Source of the DNA: Dehalococcoidia bacterium | GTDB lineage: Bacteria > Chloroflexota > Dehalococcoidia > Bin125 | Assembly: GCA_963662615.2 (NCBI GenBank) | Contig: CAXXSR010000001.1 | Span: 608,001-672,000 of the forward strand | DNA length: 64,000 nucleotides | Direction: 5' to 3' | Part shown: piece after piece, positions 37,629 to 45,641 of the stretch | How the letters are laid out: the number at the start of each line of letters is the position of its first letter | Position numbering within the stretch: the stretch's first letter is position 1 | The notes under the pieces: generated by a model | The model's database searches: none | Told to the model about the DNA's origin: nothing | What the model saw: the letters and a program-made list of their open reading frames with translations, nothing else | Translations under genes and position numbers: made by a program

Positions 37629-39097
37629 TGCTGGGCGAAGTCAACCTGCTGGGACCGGAGCTGGTGTTGATGACCGTGGGCGGCGTCCTCCTGGTCGCCG
37701 ACCTGTTCCTGCGCGACCGCCGCCTGCTCATGGGCGTCGCCATTGCCGCTCTGCTCGGCTCCGTCCTCTACGCCACCATTCTGCTCGCCGACGGCAAAGT
37801 CGGCGGCACCGCCTTCAACGAGATCCTCGTCTTCGACGAATACGCCCTCTTCTTCCAGTTCCTCCTCGCCGGCGGGGCGCTGGCCGCCATCGGTGCCTCC
37901 TGGGAGACGCTGGGCCGCATCCCCTCGCGCCGCGGCGAGTACCTGGCCCTCATCCTCTTCAGCACCACCGGCCTCATGCTGCTGGCCGGGACCCGCGACC
38001 TCATTGGCATCTTCGTGGCGCTGGAGCTGACCAGCCTCTCCCAGTACGTGCTCATTGGCTTTCACAAGGACCGCCTGGGCAGTGAGGCAGGGTTGAAGTA
38101 CCTGCTCCTTGGCGCGATCGCGTCGGCAATTCTGCTCTACGGCATGGCCTTGCTGATCGGCCTCAGCGGCGCGACCAACCTGGGCGCCATCGCCGATTTC
38201 GTGGGTGGCGCGGGGCCCGGCCAGTTCGAGGCCCTGATCTTCGCCACCGTTTTCCTCATCGTCGGCTTCGGCTTCAAGGCGGCCATCGCCCCGTTCCAGA
38301 TGTGGGTCCCAGACGTCTATCAGGGCGGTCCCACGCCCATCGCCGCCTACCTCTCGGTGGCCTCCAAGGCCGCCGCCTTCGCCGTCCTCATCCGCGTCTT
38401 CTTCGAGGCCCTCAGCGACGACCTCCTCAGCGAGCACTGGTCCACCATCTTCGCCGTCCTCGCCACCCTCTCCATGTTCGTGGGCAACGTCATCGCCATT
38501 CAGCAGGACAACATCAAGCGCATGCTCGCCTACTCCTCGATCGCTCAGGCCGGGACGATCGTGATCGGTCTGGCCGCCATCAGCGCCGACCGCTCGGAGC
38601 TGCTGGGCGCGAGCGGCATCCTCTTCTACCTGGCCGGCTACACCGTTACCAACCTCACCGCGTTCCTCGTCGTCATCGCCATCCACAACAAGATCGGCTC
38701 CTATGCCATCGACGACTACCGCGGCCTCGGCCGTCGCGCGCCGCTGCTGGCGCTGCTGCTCGCGTTCAGCCTGATCTCCTTGACCGGCCTCCCGCCCACG
38801 GCCGGCTTCTTTGGCAAGCTCTACCTCTTCCAGACCGCCGTGCAGAGCGACCTTGCCTGGCTCGCCGTGATCGGGGTGGTCAATACCGCCATCGGCGCCG
38901 CCTATTACCTCCGCCCGATCAAGGCGATGTTCATCGACGCCCCCGCCGAGGGAGCGCCCCTGCCCGCCTCGTTCCGGCCCGGCGCCGCCCTCGGCGTCAC
39001 CTTGGCCCTGACCAGCGCCGGCATCCTCGTCATCGGCCTCGCCCCCTCACTCCTGATCGACGTGGCGGAAGAGGCCGTCCGCACCATCATGCTGTAG
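37628..39097 (+). CDS. nuoN: NADH-quinone oxidoreductase subunit N
   Basis: EAGLKYLLLG, FKAAIAPFQMWVPDVYQG, KRMLAYSSIAQAG, GLPPTAGFFGK. Confidence 0.95.
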   Translation: MLGEVNLLGPELVLMTVGGVLLVADLFLRDRRLLMGVAIAALLGSVLYATILLADGKVGGTAFNEILVFDEYALFFQFLLAGGALAAIGASWETLGRIPSRRGEYLALILFSTTGLMLLAGTRDLIGIFVALELTSLSQYVLIGFHKDRLGSEAGLKYLLLGAIASAILLYGMALLIGLSGATNLGAIADFVGGAGPGQFEALIFATVFLIVGFGFKAAIAPFQMWVPDVYQGGPTPIAAYLSVASKAAAFAVLIRVFFEALSDDLLSEHWSTIFAVLATLSMFVGNVIAIQQDNIKRMLAYSSIAQAGTIVIGLAAISADRSELLGASGILFYLAGYTVTNLTAFLVVIAIHNKIGSYAIDDYRGLGRRAPLLALLLAFSLISLTGLPPTAGFFGKLYLFQTAVQSDLAWLAVIGVVNTAIGAAYYLRPIKAMFIDAPAEGAPLPASFRPGAALGVTLALTSAGILVIGLAPSLLIDVAEEAVRTIML

Positions 39098-39178
39098 CGC
39101 GACATGCTGAAGCGCGACATGCTGAAGCGCGACGGCCCTGTGGTTCGACACCCAGCGCCTCGCACGAGCACGACGTCC

Positions 39179-39661
39179 ATGCCGCTCCATCACCACATCG
39201 ACATCGAGGTCCGCGCGTCGTACCGCCGCCGCGCCGACGTCGCCCTCCTCCGCGCCGCCGCGCAGTGTACGCTCGCCTCGCGGCGGCTGCGGGCGCCGCG
39301 CGGCGTCTCCATTACCGTGACCGACACCCGCACCGTGCGGCGCCTCAATCGCGACTTCCTGGGCCAGGACGAGCCCACCGATGTCCTCGCCTTCAACACG
39401 GACTTCCCCCGCCTCCGCCGGCCCGACGGCGTGCGCGAACTCGGCGCCCTCGTGATCGCCCTGCCGGTCGCGGCGCGGGGCGCACGGGATCGCGGCGTCG
39501 TGCTGGCGGACGAGCTTGCCCTGCTCGTCGTGCACGGCACGCTCCACCTGCTCGGCTTCGATCATCAGACGAGGCGGGACGATGCAGCGATGCGGGCCCT
39601 GGAGCGCGTCGCGCTTGAGCGCTTGGGACGCCCGCAGGCGGCCCGCCCCGCCGCCGGCTGA
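39179..39661 (+). CDS. ybeY: Endoribonuclease YbeY
   Basis: LNRDFLG.DEPTDVLAF, VHGTLHLLGFDH. Confidence 0.92.
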   Translation: MPLHHHIDIEVRASYRRRADVALLRAAAQCTLASRRLRAPRGVSITVTDTRTVRRLNRDFLGQDEPTDVLAFNTDFPRLRRPDGVRELGALVIALPVAARGARDRGVVLADELALLVVHGTLHLLGFDHQTRRDDAAMRALERVALERLGRPQAARPAAG

Positions 39662-39732
39662 GCGAGATTGCCCCCCCGATCTGTTGTCGCACGCCTGTTC
39701 GAATGAGGAGGCGCTCTTCGATATACTGACGC

Positions 39733-39868
39733 CCGGCGTGGCCTGCGGCCCCGCGCCAGCCACGCGGGCCGCCTCGATGGAAGATCAATCTTTCGGGGTC
39801 CGCCATCGCTCGAGAGCATCCGGCGCGGCCCGTGGCCCCGCGCAAGCCACGCGGGCCGCCGCGATGGA
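39733..39868 (+). repeat. Two 49-nt direct repeats, each a hairpin, in the dnaX leader
   Basis: Copies at 39733-39781 and 39820-39868 differ at 5 positions; they lie downstream of TATACT at 39722. Confidence 0.85.
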
Positions 39869-39879
39869 GGAAAAGAAAA

Positions 39880-41490
39880 ATGGCGGGGACGGTTCTCTAC
39901 CGCAAATGGCGGCCCCACCGCTTCGCCGACATCGTCGGCCAGGATCCCATCGTGCGGACGCTGAAGAACGCGGTGGCGCAGGACAAGGTGTCCCACGCCT
40001 ACCTTTTCTGCGGCCCTCGCGGCACCGGCAAGACCACCACCGGCCGCATCCTCGCCAAGACGATCAACTGCGAGCACGACTCCGACGGCGAGCCGATCCT
40101 CGACAGCGACAAGGCCCGCGCCTTCGATGAGGGCCGTGCCCTCGACCTCGTCGAGATCGATGCCGCCAGCAATCGCGGCATCGACAACATCCGCGACCTC
40201 CGCGACCGCGCCAACTACGTCCCTACCTCCTCCCGCTTCAAGGTCTACCTCATTGATGAGGTGCACCAGCTCACGGACGCCGCCGCGGACGCCCTTCTGA
40301 AGACGCTGGAGGAGCCGCCGCCGCACGTCGTCTTCATCCTCGCCACCTCCGATCCCGACGCCCTCAAGCCCACCGTCCTCAGCCGCTGCCAGCGCTTCGA
40401 CTTCCGCCGCGTCAGCCTGCCCGACATCGCCGGGCGGCTGCGCCAGATCGCCCATGCCGAGGGCATCACCATCCCGGACGAGGCGCTCAACCTCCTGGCC
40501 CGGGAGGCCACCGGCTCCCTCCGCGATGCCGTGAACCTCTTGGACCAAGTCTGGGCCGCCTATGGCGACGAGGTCTCGCTAGACGACGCCGTCGCGGCGC
40601 TCGGCCTCACCGCCGACAAGCGTGCGCTTGAGCTGGCCCGGGCGGCGCTCACCAAGGAGCTGCAACGGGGGCTGCAACTGATCATTGGCGTGCAAGAGGA
40701 CGCCGTGGACCTGGCCCGCTTCAACCGCCAGGTCGTGCAGCACTTGCGCCACGCCCTGCTCCTCCAGACCGGCGCTGCCGACGGCCTCGCCCTCAGCGAC
40801 GTGGAGCAGGAGGCGCTGCGGACCTTGGTGGAGGGCGTCGATTCGGCGACGACGGTCGCGGCCCTGAAGGCGTTCGCCGCCGCGGATATGCGTGGCGACC
40901 CCTACGCCTCCTTGCCCTTGGAGCTGGCTCTGGCGCAGCTCGTCTATGAGCCCGAAGCGCCCAGCACGGTGCCTGCAGGCGCCCCGGCCCCAGCGGCGCG
41001 CGACGCTGCCGCAGCAGAAGGCCGCCGCGCGCCCCCGCGACGGCGCCGGGCCCGGCCGCCGGCGCCGGGCCCGCAGCCCGCGCCCGCCGAGGCGCGTGCG
41101 CGGTCCCAGGAGGGACCGCCCGCCGTCGCCCCTCCCCCGCCCCGCGCGCGCCCTGAACCGACTCCGGACGAACAGCGTCTGCTGGACATTCGCGCCGCCC
41201 TGCGCCGCCGCCGCGAGTTGAAGCTGGACGCGGCCCTGAACAGGTCCTGCAAGATCCTCCGCGTCGAGGACGACGTCGTCACGCTCGGCTTCTTTCCTTT
41301 CGCGGTGGACTTTCACAAGGGTAAGGTGGAGGAGAAGATTGCCGTTGTCGCCGAAGCCGCCAGTGAGGTCTTCGGACGGCCCGTCACCGTGCGCTGCGAG
41401 GCGGCCGAGGACGAGCCCAAGCGCGAGAGCGCTCTGGTTGAAGCGGCGGTGAAGCAGGGCGCGCGCGTCGTCGATCGCCGCGACGGGTAG
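39880..41490 (+). CDS. dnaX: DNA polymerase III subunit gamma/tau
   Basis: LYRKWRP, GPRGTGKTT, EIDAASN, IDEVH, LLKTLEEPP, SRCQ; SD GGAGG. Confidence 0.95.
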   Translation: MAGTVLYRKWRPHRFADIVGQDPIVRTLKNAVAQDKVSHAYLFCGPRGTGKTTTGRILAKTINCEHDSDGEPILDSDKARAFDEGRALDLVEIDAASNRGIDNIRDLRDRANYVPTSSRFKVYLIDEVHQLTDAAADALLKTLEEPPPHVVFILATSDPDALKPTVLSRCQRFDFRRVSLPDIAGRLRQIAHAEGITIPDEALNLLAREATGSLRDAVNLLDQVWAAYGDEVSLDDAVAALGLTADKRALELARAALTKELQRGLQLIIGVQEDAVDLARFNRQVVQHLRHALLLQTGAADGLALSDVEQEALRTLVEGVDSATTVAALKAFAAADMRGDPYASLPLELALAQLVYEPEAPSTVPAGAPAPAARDAAAAEGRRAPPRRRRARPPAPGPQPAPAEARARSQEGPPAVAPPPPRARPEPTPDEQRLLDIRAALRRRRELKLDAALNRSCKILRVEDDVVTLGFFPFAVDFHKGKVEEKIAVVAEAASEVFGRPVTVRCEAAEDEPKRESALVEAAVKQGARVVDRRDG

Positions 41491-41500
41491 GGGAGGTCGG

Positions 41501-41881
41501 ATGGCCAAGGGACGCGGCGGCATGTTCCGGCAGCCCCGCCGCGCGCGCGGCCAGGGCGTAGCCGCGGGCGGCGGGATCTCCGCCGACATGGTGCGCCAAG
41601 CGCAGGACCTCCAGGACAAGCTGCAGGAGGCCCAGGCGGAGCTGAAAGAGGCCACCGTGGAAGCGACCGCGGGCGGCGGCGTCGTCTCCGTGGTGCTCGG
41701 CGGGGATCACAAGCTGCGCAGCGTCACCGTTGACCCCGACATCCTCGATCCCGACGACGTCGAGATCGTGCAGGACCTCATCGTCGCCGCCGTCAACGAG
41801 GCCACCGCCAAGCTCGACGCCCTACAGGAAGAGCGCATGGCCGGCCTCGGCGGCGGGATGTCCCTGCCGGGGCTGAGCTGA
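41501..41881 (+). CDS. ybaB: Nucleoid-associated protein YbaB/EbfC
   Basis: AGGGVVSV, LDPDDVEIVQDLIVAAVNEA; between dnaX and recR. Confidence 0.92.
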   Translation: MAKGRGGMFRQPRRARGQGVAAGGGISADMVRQAQDLQDKLQEAQAELKEATVEATAGGGVVSVVLGGDHKLRSVTVDPDILDPDDVEIVQDLIVAAVNEATAKLDALQEERMAGLGGGMSLPGLS

Positions 41882-41885
41882 CTCC

Positions 41886-42557
41886 ATGACCCGTCGGGCG
41901 CCCCTCACCGCCGCACCCATGGCCCGGCTCATTGAGGCGTTTCACCGCTTGCCCGGCATTGGCCCCAAGAGCGCCCAGCGCCTTGCCTATTACATCCTCC
42001 GCGCTCCCAGCGATGAAGCCAACGAACTCGCCGACGCCTTGCGGGAGGTCAAGGTCAGCATCCGCCTCTGCTCCGTGTGCCAGAACATCACGGAGGCGGA
42101 TCCGTGCCCCCTCTGCAGCGACGCGGCCCGGGACCGCGCCACCATCTGCGTCGTGGAGGAGCCGCTGGACATCCTGGCGCTGGAGCGGGCCGGCGCCTAT
42201 TACGGCCTTTACCACGTCTTGCACGGCGCCCTCAACCCCATGGATGGCGTGGGCCCGGAGCAGTTGAAGATGCGCGGGTTGCTGGAGCGGCTCCGCGACG
42301 GCTCCGTTCGCGAGGTGATCCTTGCCACCAACGCCACCCTGGAGGGCGAAGCCACCGCCGCCTATCTCGCCCGCCTGCTGGAGCCCTCCCACATCCGCAT
42401 CACCCGCATTGCCCACGGGCTGCCCGTCGGTTCCGACCTCGAATACGCCGACGAGCGCACCCTCTCCCAGGCGTTGCAACATCGCGTGCTCTTGGGCCCG
42501 GCGCGGGAGCCCCCCGCCGACGTCCCCCCCGACGCCCCCGCCGACGATCTCCGCTGA
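41886..42557 (+). CDS. recR: Recombination mediator RecR
   Basis: LPGIGPKSAQRLA, C4 zinc finger, Toprim ICVVE, EGEATA, GSDLEYAD. Confidence 0.96.
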   Translation: MTRRAPLTAAPMARLIEAFHRLPGIGPKSAQRLAYYILRAPSDEANELADALREVKVSIRLCSVCQNITEADPCPLCSDAARDRATICVVEEPLDILALERAGAYYGLYHVLHGALNPMDGVGPEQLKMRGLLERLRDGSVREVILATNATLEGEATAAYLARLLEPSHIRITRIAHGLPVGSDLEYADERTLSQALQHRVLLGPAREPPADVPPDAPADDLR

Positions 42558-43348
42558 TGGCCCGCCCGCACGCCTATCGCACGGAGGCGGTCGTGCTGCG
42601 CCAGCGCCCCCTGGGCGACGCCGACAAAATCTGCGTCTTGTTGACGCCGCTGCGCGGGCGCATTGAGGCCGTGGCCAAGGGAGTGCGCCGCCCCAAAAGC
42701 CGCCTCGCCGGTCCGCTCCAGCCGCTCACCCGATCGACCCTGCTGCTGGCGGTCGGCCGCTCCCTGGACATCATCACGCAGGCCCAGACCCTTGACGCCT
42801 ACCCCACGCTGCACGACGAGATCGACCGCCTCAGTCGCGCTCTCTACGTCGCCGAACTCGTCGATCGCGCCACCGGCCCCGGTCCGCACGGGGGCAGCCT
42901 CTACGGCCTCCTCCAGGACACGCTGGGCCGCGTGGACGCCGACCAGAGCATCGATCTGCCCGTCCGTTGGTTTGAGATGCGCCTGCTGGCCGACCAGGGC
43001 TACCAGCCCGAATTGGGCCGCTGCGTGCACTGCCAGGCCGCGCTGCGGCCGGACGGCAACGGCTTCTCCGGCGTCGCCGGCGGCGTGCTCTGTCCCGCCT
43101 GTCGCAGCGCCGTCAGCGGCCGCCCCCTCTCGAGCCGTGCCTTCAAATTGCTACGCTGCCTGCAGTCGGCGCCGTATGAGGAGGCCGCCCGCGTCCGCGT
43201 TGACGCCGCCCTAGCGCGAGAGCTGGAGGCGCACCTCTTGGACGCCGTGCAGGCGGCGCTGGACCAGGAGCTCAAGGCCGTGAAGTTCATCGACGCCGTC
43301 CGCGCGATAGGCGGTAGCGCGCCAACGGCCCCGCTCCCTGGGGAGTGA
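42557..43348 (+). CDS. recO: DNA repair protein RecO
   Basis: AVVLR..LGDADKI, AKGVRRPKSRL, CVHC...CPAC. Confidence 0.93.
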   Translation: MARPHAYRTEAVVLRQRPLGDADKICVLLTPLRGRIEAVAKGVRRPKSRLAGPLQPLTRSTLLLAVGRSLDIITQAQTLDAYPTLHDEIDRLSRALYVAELVDRATGPGPHGGSLYGLLQDTLGRVDADQSIDLPVRWFEMRLLADQGYQPELGRCVHCQAALRPDGNGFSGVAGGVLCPACRSAVSGRPLSSRAFKLLRCLQSAPYEEAARVRVDAALARELEAHLLDAVQAALDQELKAVKFIDAVRAIGGSAPTAPLPGE

Positions 43349-43349
43349 G

Positions 43350-43853
43350 ATGCCCCTGTACGAATACCTCTGCGACGCCTGCGATGGCATCTTTGAAGTC
43401 GTCCGGCCCATGCAGGAGGCGGGCGATCCCTGCCCCTGTCCCCTCTGCGCCACCGCGGCGCGACGGCTCATGCCCTCCGCCTTCACCGCCTTCGTTATGC
43501 GCCGCGGCTATCCCCGCCGCCTCCCCGACAAAGGCACCTTCTGGCATCTGGGCAAGGAAGTGAGCTACCTGCCCAAGCGCGCTAGGCCCCACGAGCATCC
43601 CCAGCTCAAGCAGGCCGACGACAATCGACCACCTGCCAAACAAGACCGCGAGGACCAGTTGGAGCGCAGGATCGCGACACGGCGAGTGAAGCGCGAGGAG
43701 CAGCGGCGGCAGCGCGCTCTGCGCAAGGATGCCACGGCTCGGCAAAAGAACGCCCGGCAAGACAAGGCTCGGCAAAAGAACGCTCGGCAAGCGAACGCCC
43801 GGCAAGAGAAGCGGGGAGGATCGCAGCGCCCGGCCGCCCGTGGCGGCGGTTGA
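43350..43853 (+). CDS. FmdB-family zinc-ribbon protein with basic repeat tail
   Basis: MPLYEYLCDAC...FE...CPLC...RLMPS; C-terminal ARQxx repeats. Confidence 0.85.
   Translation: MPLYEYLCDACDGIFEVVRPMQEAGDPCPCPLCATAARRLMPSAFTAFVMRRGYPRRLPDKGTFWHLGKEVSYLPKRARPHEHPQLKQADDNRPPAKQDREDQLERRIATRRVKREEQRRQRALRKDATARQKNARQDKARQKNARQANARQEKRGGSQRPAARGGG
43737..43811 (+). repeat. Five 15-nt tandem repeats (GCYCGGCAA-N6) encoding ARQxx
   Basis: Seen directly in the sequence. Confidence 0.9.
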
Positions 43854-43857
43854 CCGC

Positions 43858-44838
43858 CTAGAAGTCGCGCTCCGTCACGAACCGGGCCACCGCGGCCAGC
43901 GCCTCCTGATGCTCGCTCCGCTCCAGCCCGCTCAGCGCCTCCAGGGCGGATTCGCTCCACTCCCGCGCCGTCAGCATGGAGCGCTCCAGGATGTCGCTCT
44001 TGCCGATCCGCTCAAGCGCCTCCTCAAGATGGCGGCGGCGCTCGTCCGGATCGTCCGTGGCGAAGAGGCGGCTGACCGGGTTCCCTTCCGGCTCCTGCTC
44101 CAGCAGCAAGATCGACGGCAGCGTCAGCGTGCCGGCGATGAGGTCGCCGCCCACCGGCTTGCCCATCTGGGCGCCGTCGCCGCTGAAGTCCAGAATGTCG
44201 TCGACGATCTGGAACGCCATGCCCAGGTCGCGGCCGTAGCGGCGCAGCGCCTCCACCGTTCCCTCGTCGCATGACGCCATGATCGCCCCCGCAGCCCCCG
44301 CCGTCGCAAACAGCGACGCCGTCTTGCCGTGGATGCGCTGGTAGTAGTCGCTGACGTTGCCGCTGGCCGTGTCGTAGGCGCTGATGTCCTGGTTCAGCTC
44401 TCCCTTGGCCATGGTCATGAGCGTTTGTGCGAACAGCCGGATCACATCCACCCGGCCGGTGCGCGAAACCAGCTCGGCGGCGTTGGCGAACATGTAATCG
44501 CCCAACATCACGCTGGCCGCATTGTCGAACATCGCATTGGCGGTGGGCCGCCCCCGCCGGGTGTCGGCGGCGTCAATGACGTCGTCATGCACCAACGTCG
44601 CGATGTGCAGCAGCTCGATCGAGGCGGCCAGGAGCACGTGTCGCTCAGCGTCGTAGGCGCCAAACCTCCCCGCCAGCAGCGCAATCGCCGGTCGCAGCCG
44701 CTTGCCGCTCCGCTCCAGCACCGCTTTGAGCATGGTGTCCAGCGGGTCAAAGTCGGAGCGGCAGACCTGGTCCAGCGTCTCCTCCACGCGGCTGAGGTCG
44801 TCTGCGATCGGGCCGTAGAGCGCGGCCACGCTGGTCAC
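43858..44838 (-). CDS. Long-chain polyprenyl diphosphate synthase (HepT/IspB-like)
   Basis: GKRLRP, ATLVHDDVID..RRG, GKTA, FQIVDDILD, GKPVGGDL. Confidence 0.93.
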   Translation of the reverse strand: MTSVAALYGPIADDLSRVEETLDQVCRSDFDPLDTMLKAVLERSGKRLRPAIALLAGRFGAYDAERHVLLAASIELLHIATLVHDDVIDAADTRRGRPTANAMFDNAASVMLGDYMFANAAELVSRTGRVDVIRLFAQTLMTMAKGELNQDISAYDTASGNVSDYYQRIHGKTASLFATAGAAGAIMASCDEGTVEALRRYGRDLGMAFQIVDDILDFSGDGAQMGKPVGGDLIAGTLTLPSILLLEQEPEGNPVSRLFATDDPDERRRHLEEALERIGKSDILERSMLTAREWSESALEALSGLERSEHQEALAAVARFVTERDF

Positions 44839-45641
44839 GGCGTCACCCTCTCCGGCACCGGCAAACGGAACAGGCGGCGCGCATTCGCGCTGGTCTGCGC
44901 CGCCAGCGTCTCTAGCCTGACCCCCCGCAGCGCCGCAATGACCCGCGCCGTCTCCACGACATAGGCCGGCTCGTTGCGCCGCCCCCGTTTGACCTGTGGA
45001 GCCAGGTAGGGGCAGTCCGTCTCCAGCGCCATGCGCTCCGCCGGCAGCGTCCGCGCGGCCTCCTGCAGGCCCTCATTTTTGGGGTAAGTGACCGGCCCGG
45101 CGAACGAGATCACGAAGCCCAATTCGGCGTAGCGCGCCGCCAGATCGGCGTCGCCGGAATAGCAGTGCAGCACTCCCACCGGGTCGCCACAGCGCGCCCC
45201 CGGGGCCCACTCCCGCAGGATGGCGAACGTCTCATCCTCCGCCTCGCGACAGTGGATCACCACCGGCAGCGTGAGTGCGTTGGCGAGCGCGAGCTGCTCC
45301 CGAAAGGCGCGCTCTTGGGCGTCCGGCGGGGAGAGGTTGCGGTAGAGATCCAAGCCGATCTCCCCCACCGCCACGACGCGGCCGTCGGCCGCGAGCGCGC
45401 CCAGCCGGTCGCGCACCTCGCTGGTCCAGAGCCGCGCGTCGTGCGGATGCAGGCCCACCGTCGCGTACACGTCCGTCTCGCCTCGTGCCAGCGCCAGCGC
45501 CGCCTCGCTCTCCGTCACGTCCGTGCCCACCGTGATCACGGCCTCAAGGCCGGCGGCGCGGGCGCGTGCCAGCACCGCCGGCCGGTCCTCGTTGAAGGCG
45601 CGGTCGTGGAGGTGCGCGTGCGTATCAATGAAGCCGCTCAT
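44835..45641 (-). CDS. tatD: TatD family nuclease
   Basis: IDTHAHL, GLHPH, GEIGLD, IHCREA, LHCYSG, ETDCPYLAP. Confidence 0.93.
   Translation of the reverse strand: MSGFIDTHAHLHDRAFNEDRPAVLARARAAGLEAVITVGTDVTESEAALALARGETDVYATVGLHPHDARLWTSEVRDRLGALAADGRVVAVGEIGLDLYRNLSPPDAQERAFREQLALANALTLPVVIHCREAEDETFAILREWAPGARCGDPVGVLHCYSGDADLAARYAELGFVISFAGPVTYPKNEGLQEAARTLPAERMALETDCPYLAPQVKRGRRNEPAYVVETARVIAALRGVRLETLAAQTSANARRLFRLPVPERVTP

Noticed and set aside
39104-39178. N-terminal MLKRD repeats as part of YbeY
   Set aside because: They derive from the 15-nt duplication of the nuoN end; YbeY similarity begins near the ATG at 39179.
39661-39880. SRP RNA upstream of dnaX, as in Bacillus
   Set aside because: The conserved CAGG-N-GGAA-N-AGCAG helix 8 motif is not present.
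39880-41490. Programmed frameshift in dnaX
   Set aside because: No A-AAA-AAG or long poly(A)/poly(T) site inside the gene; the only A-rich run is between the SD and the start.
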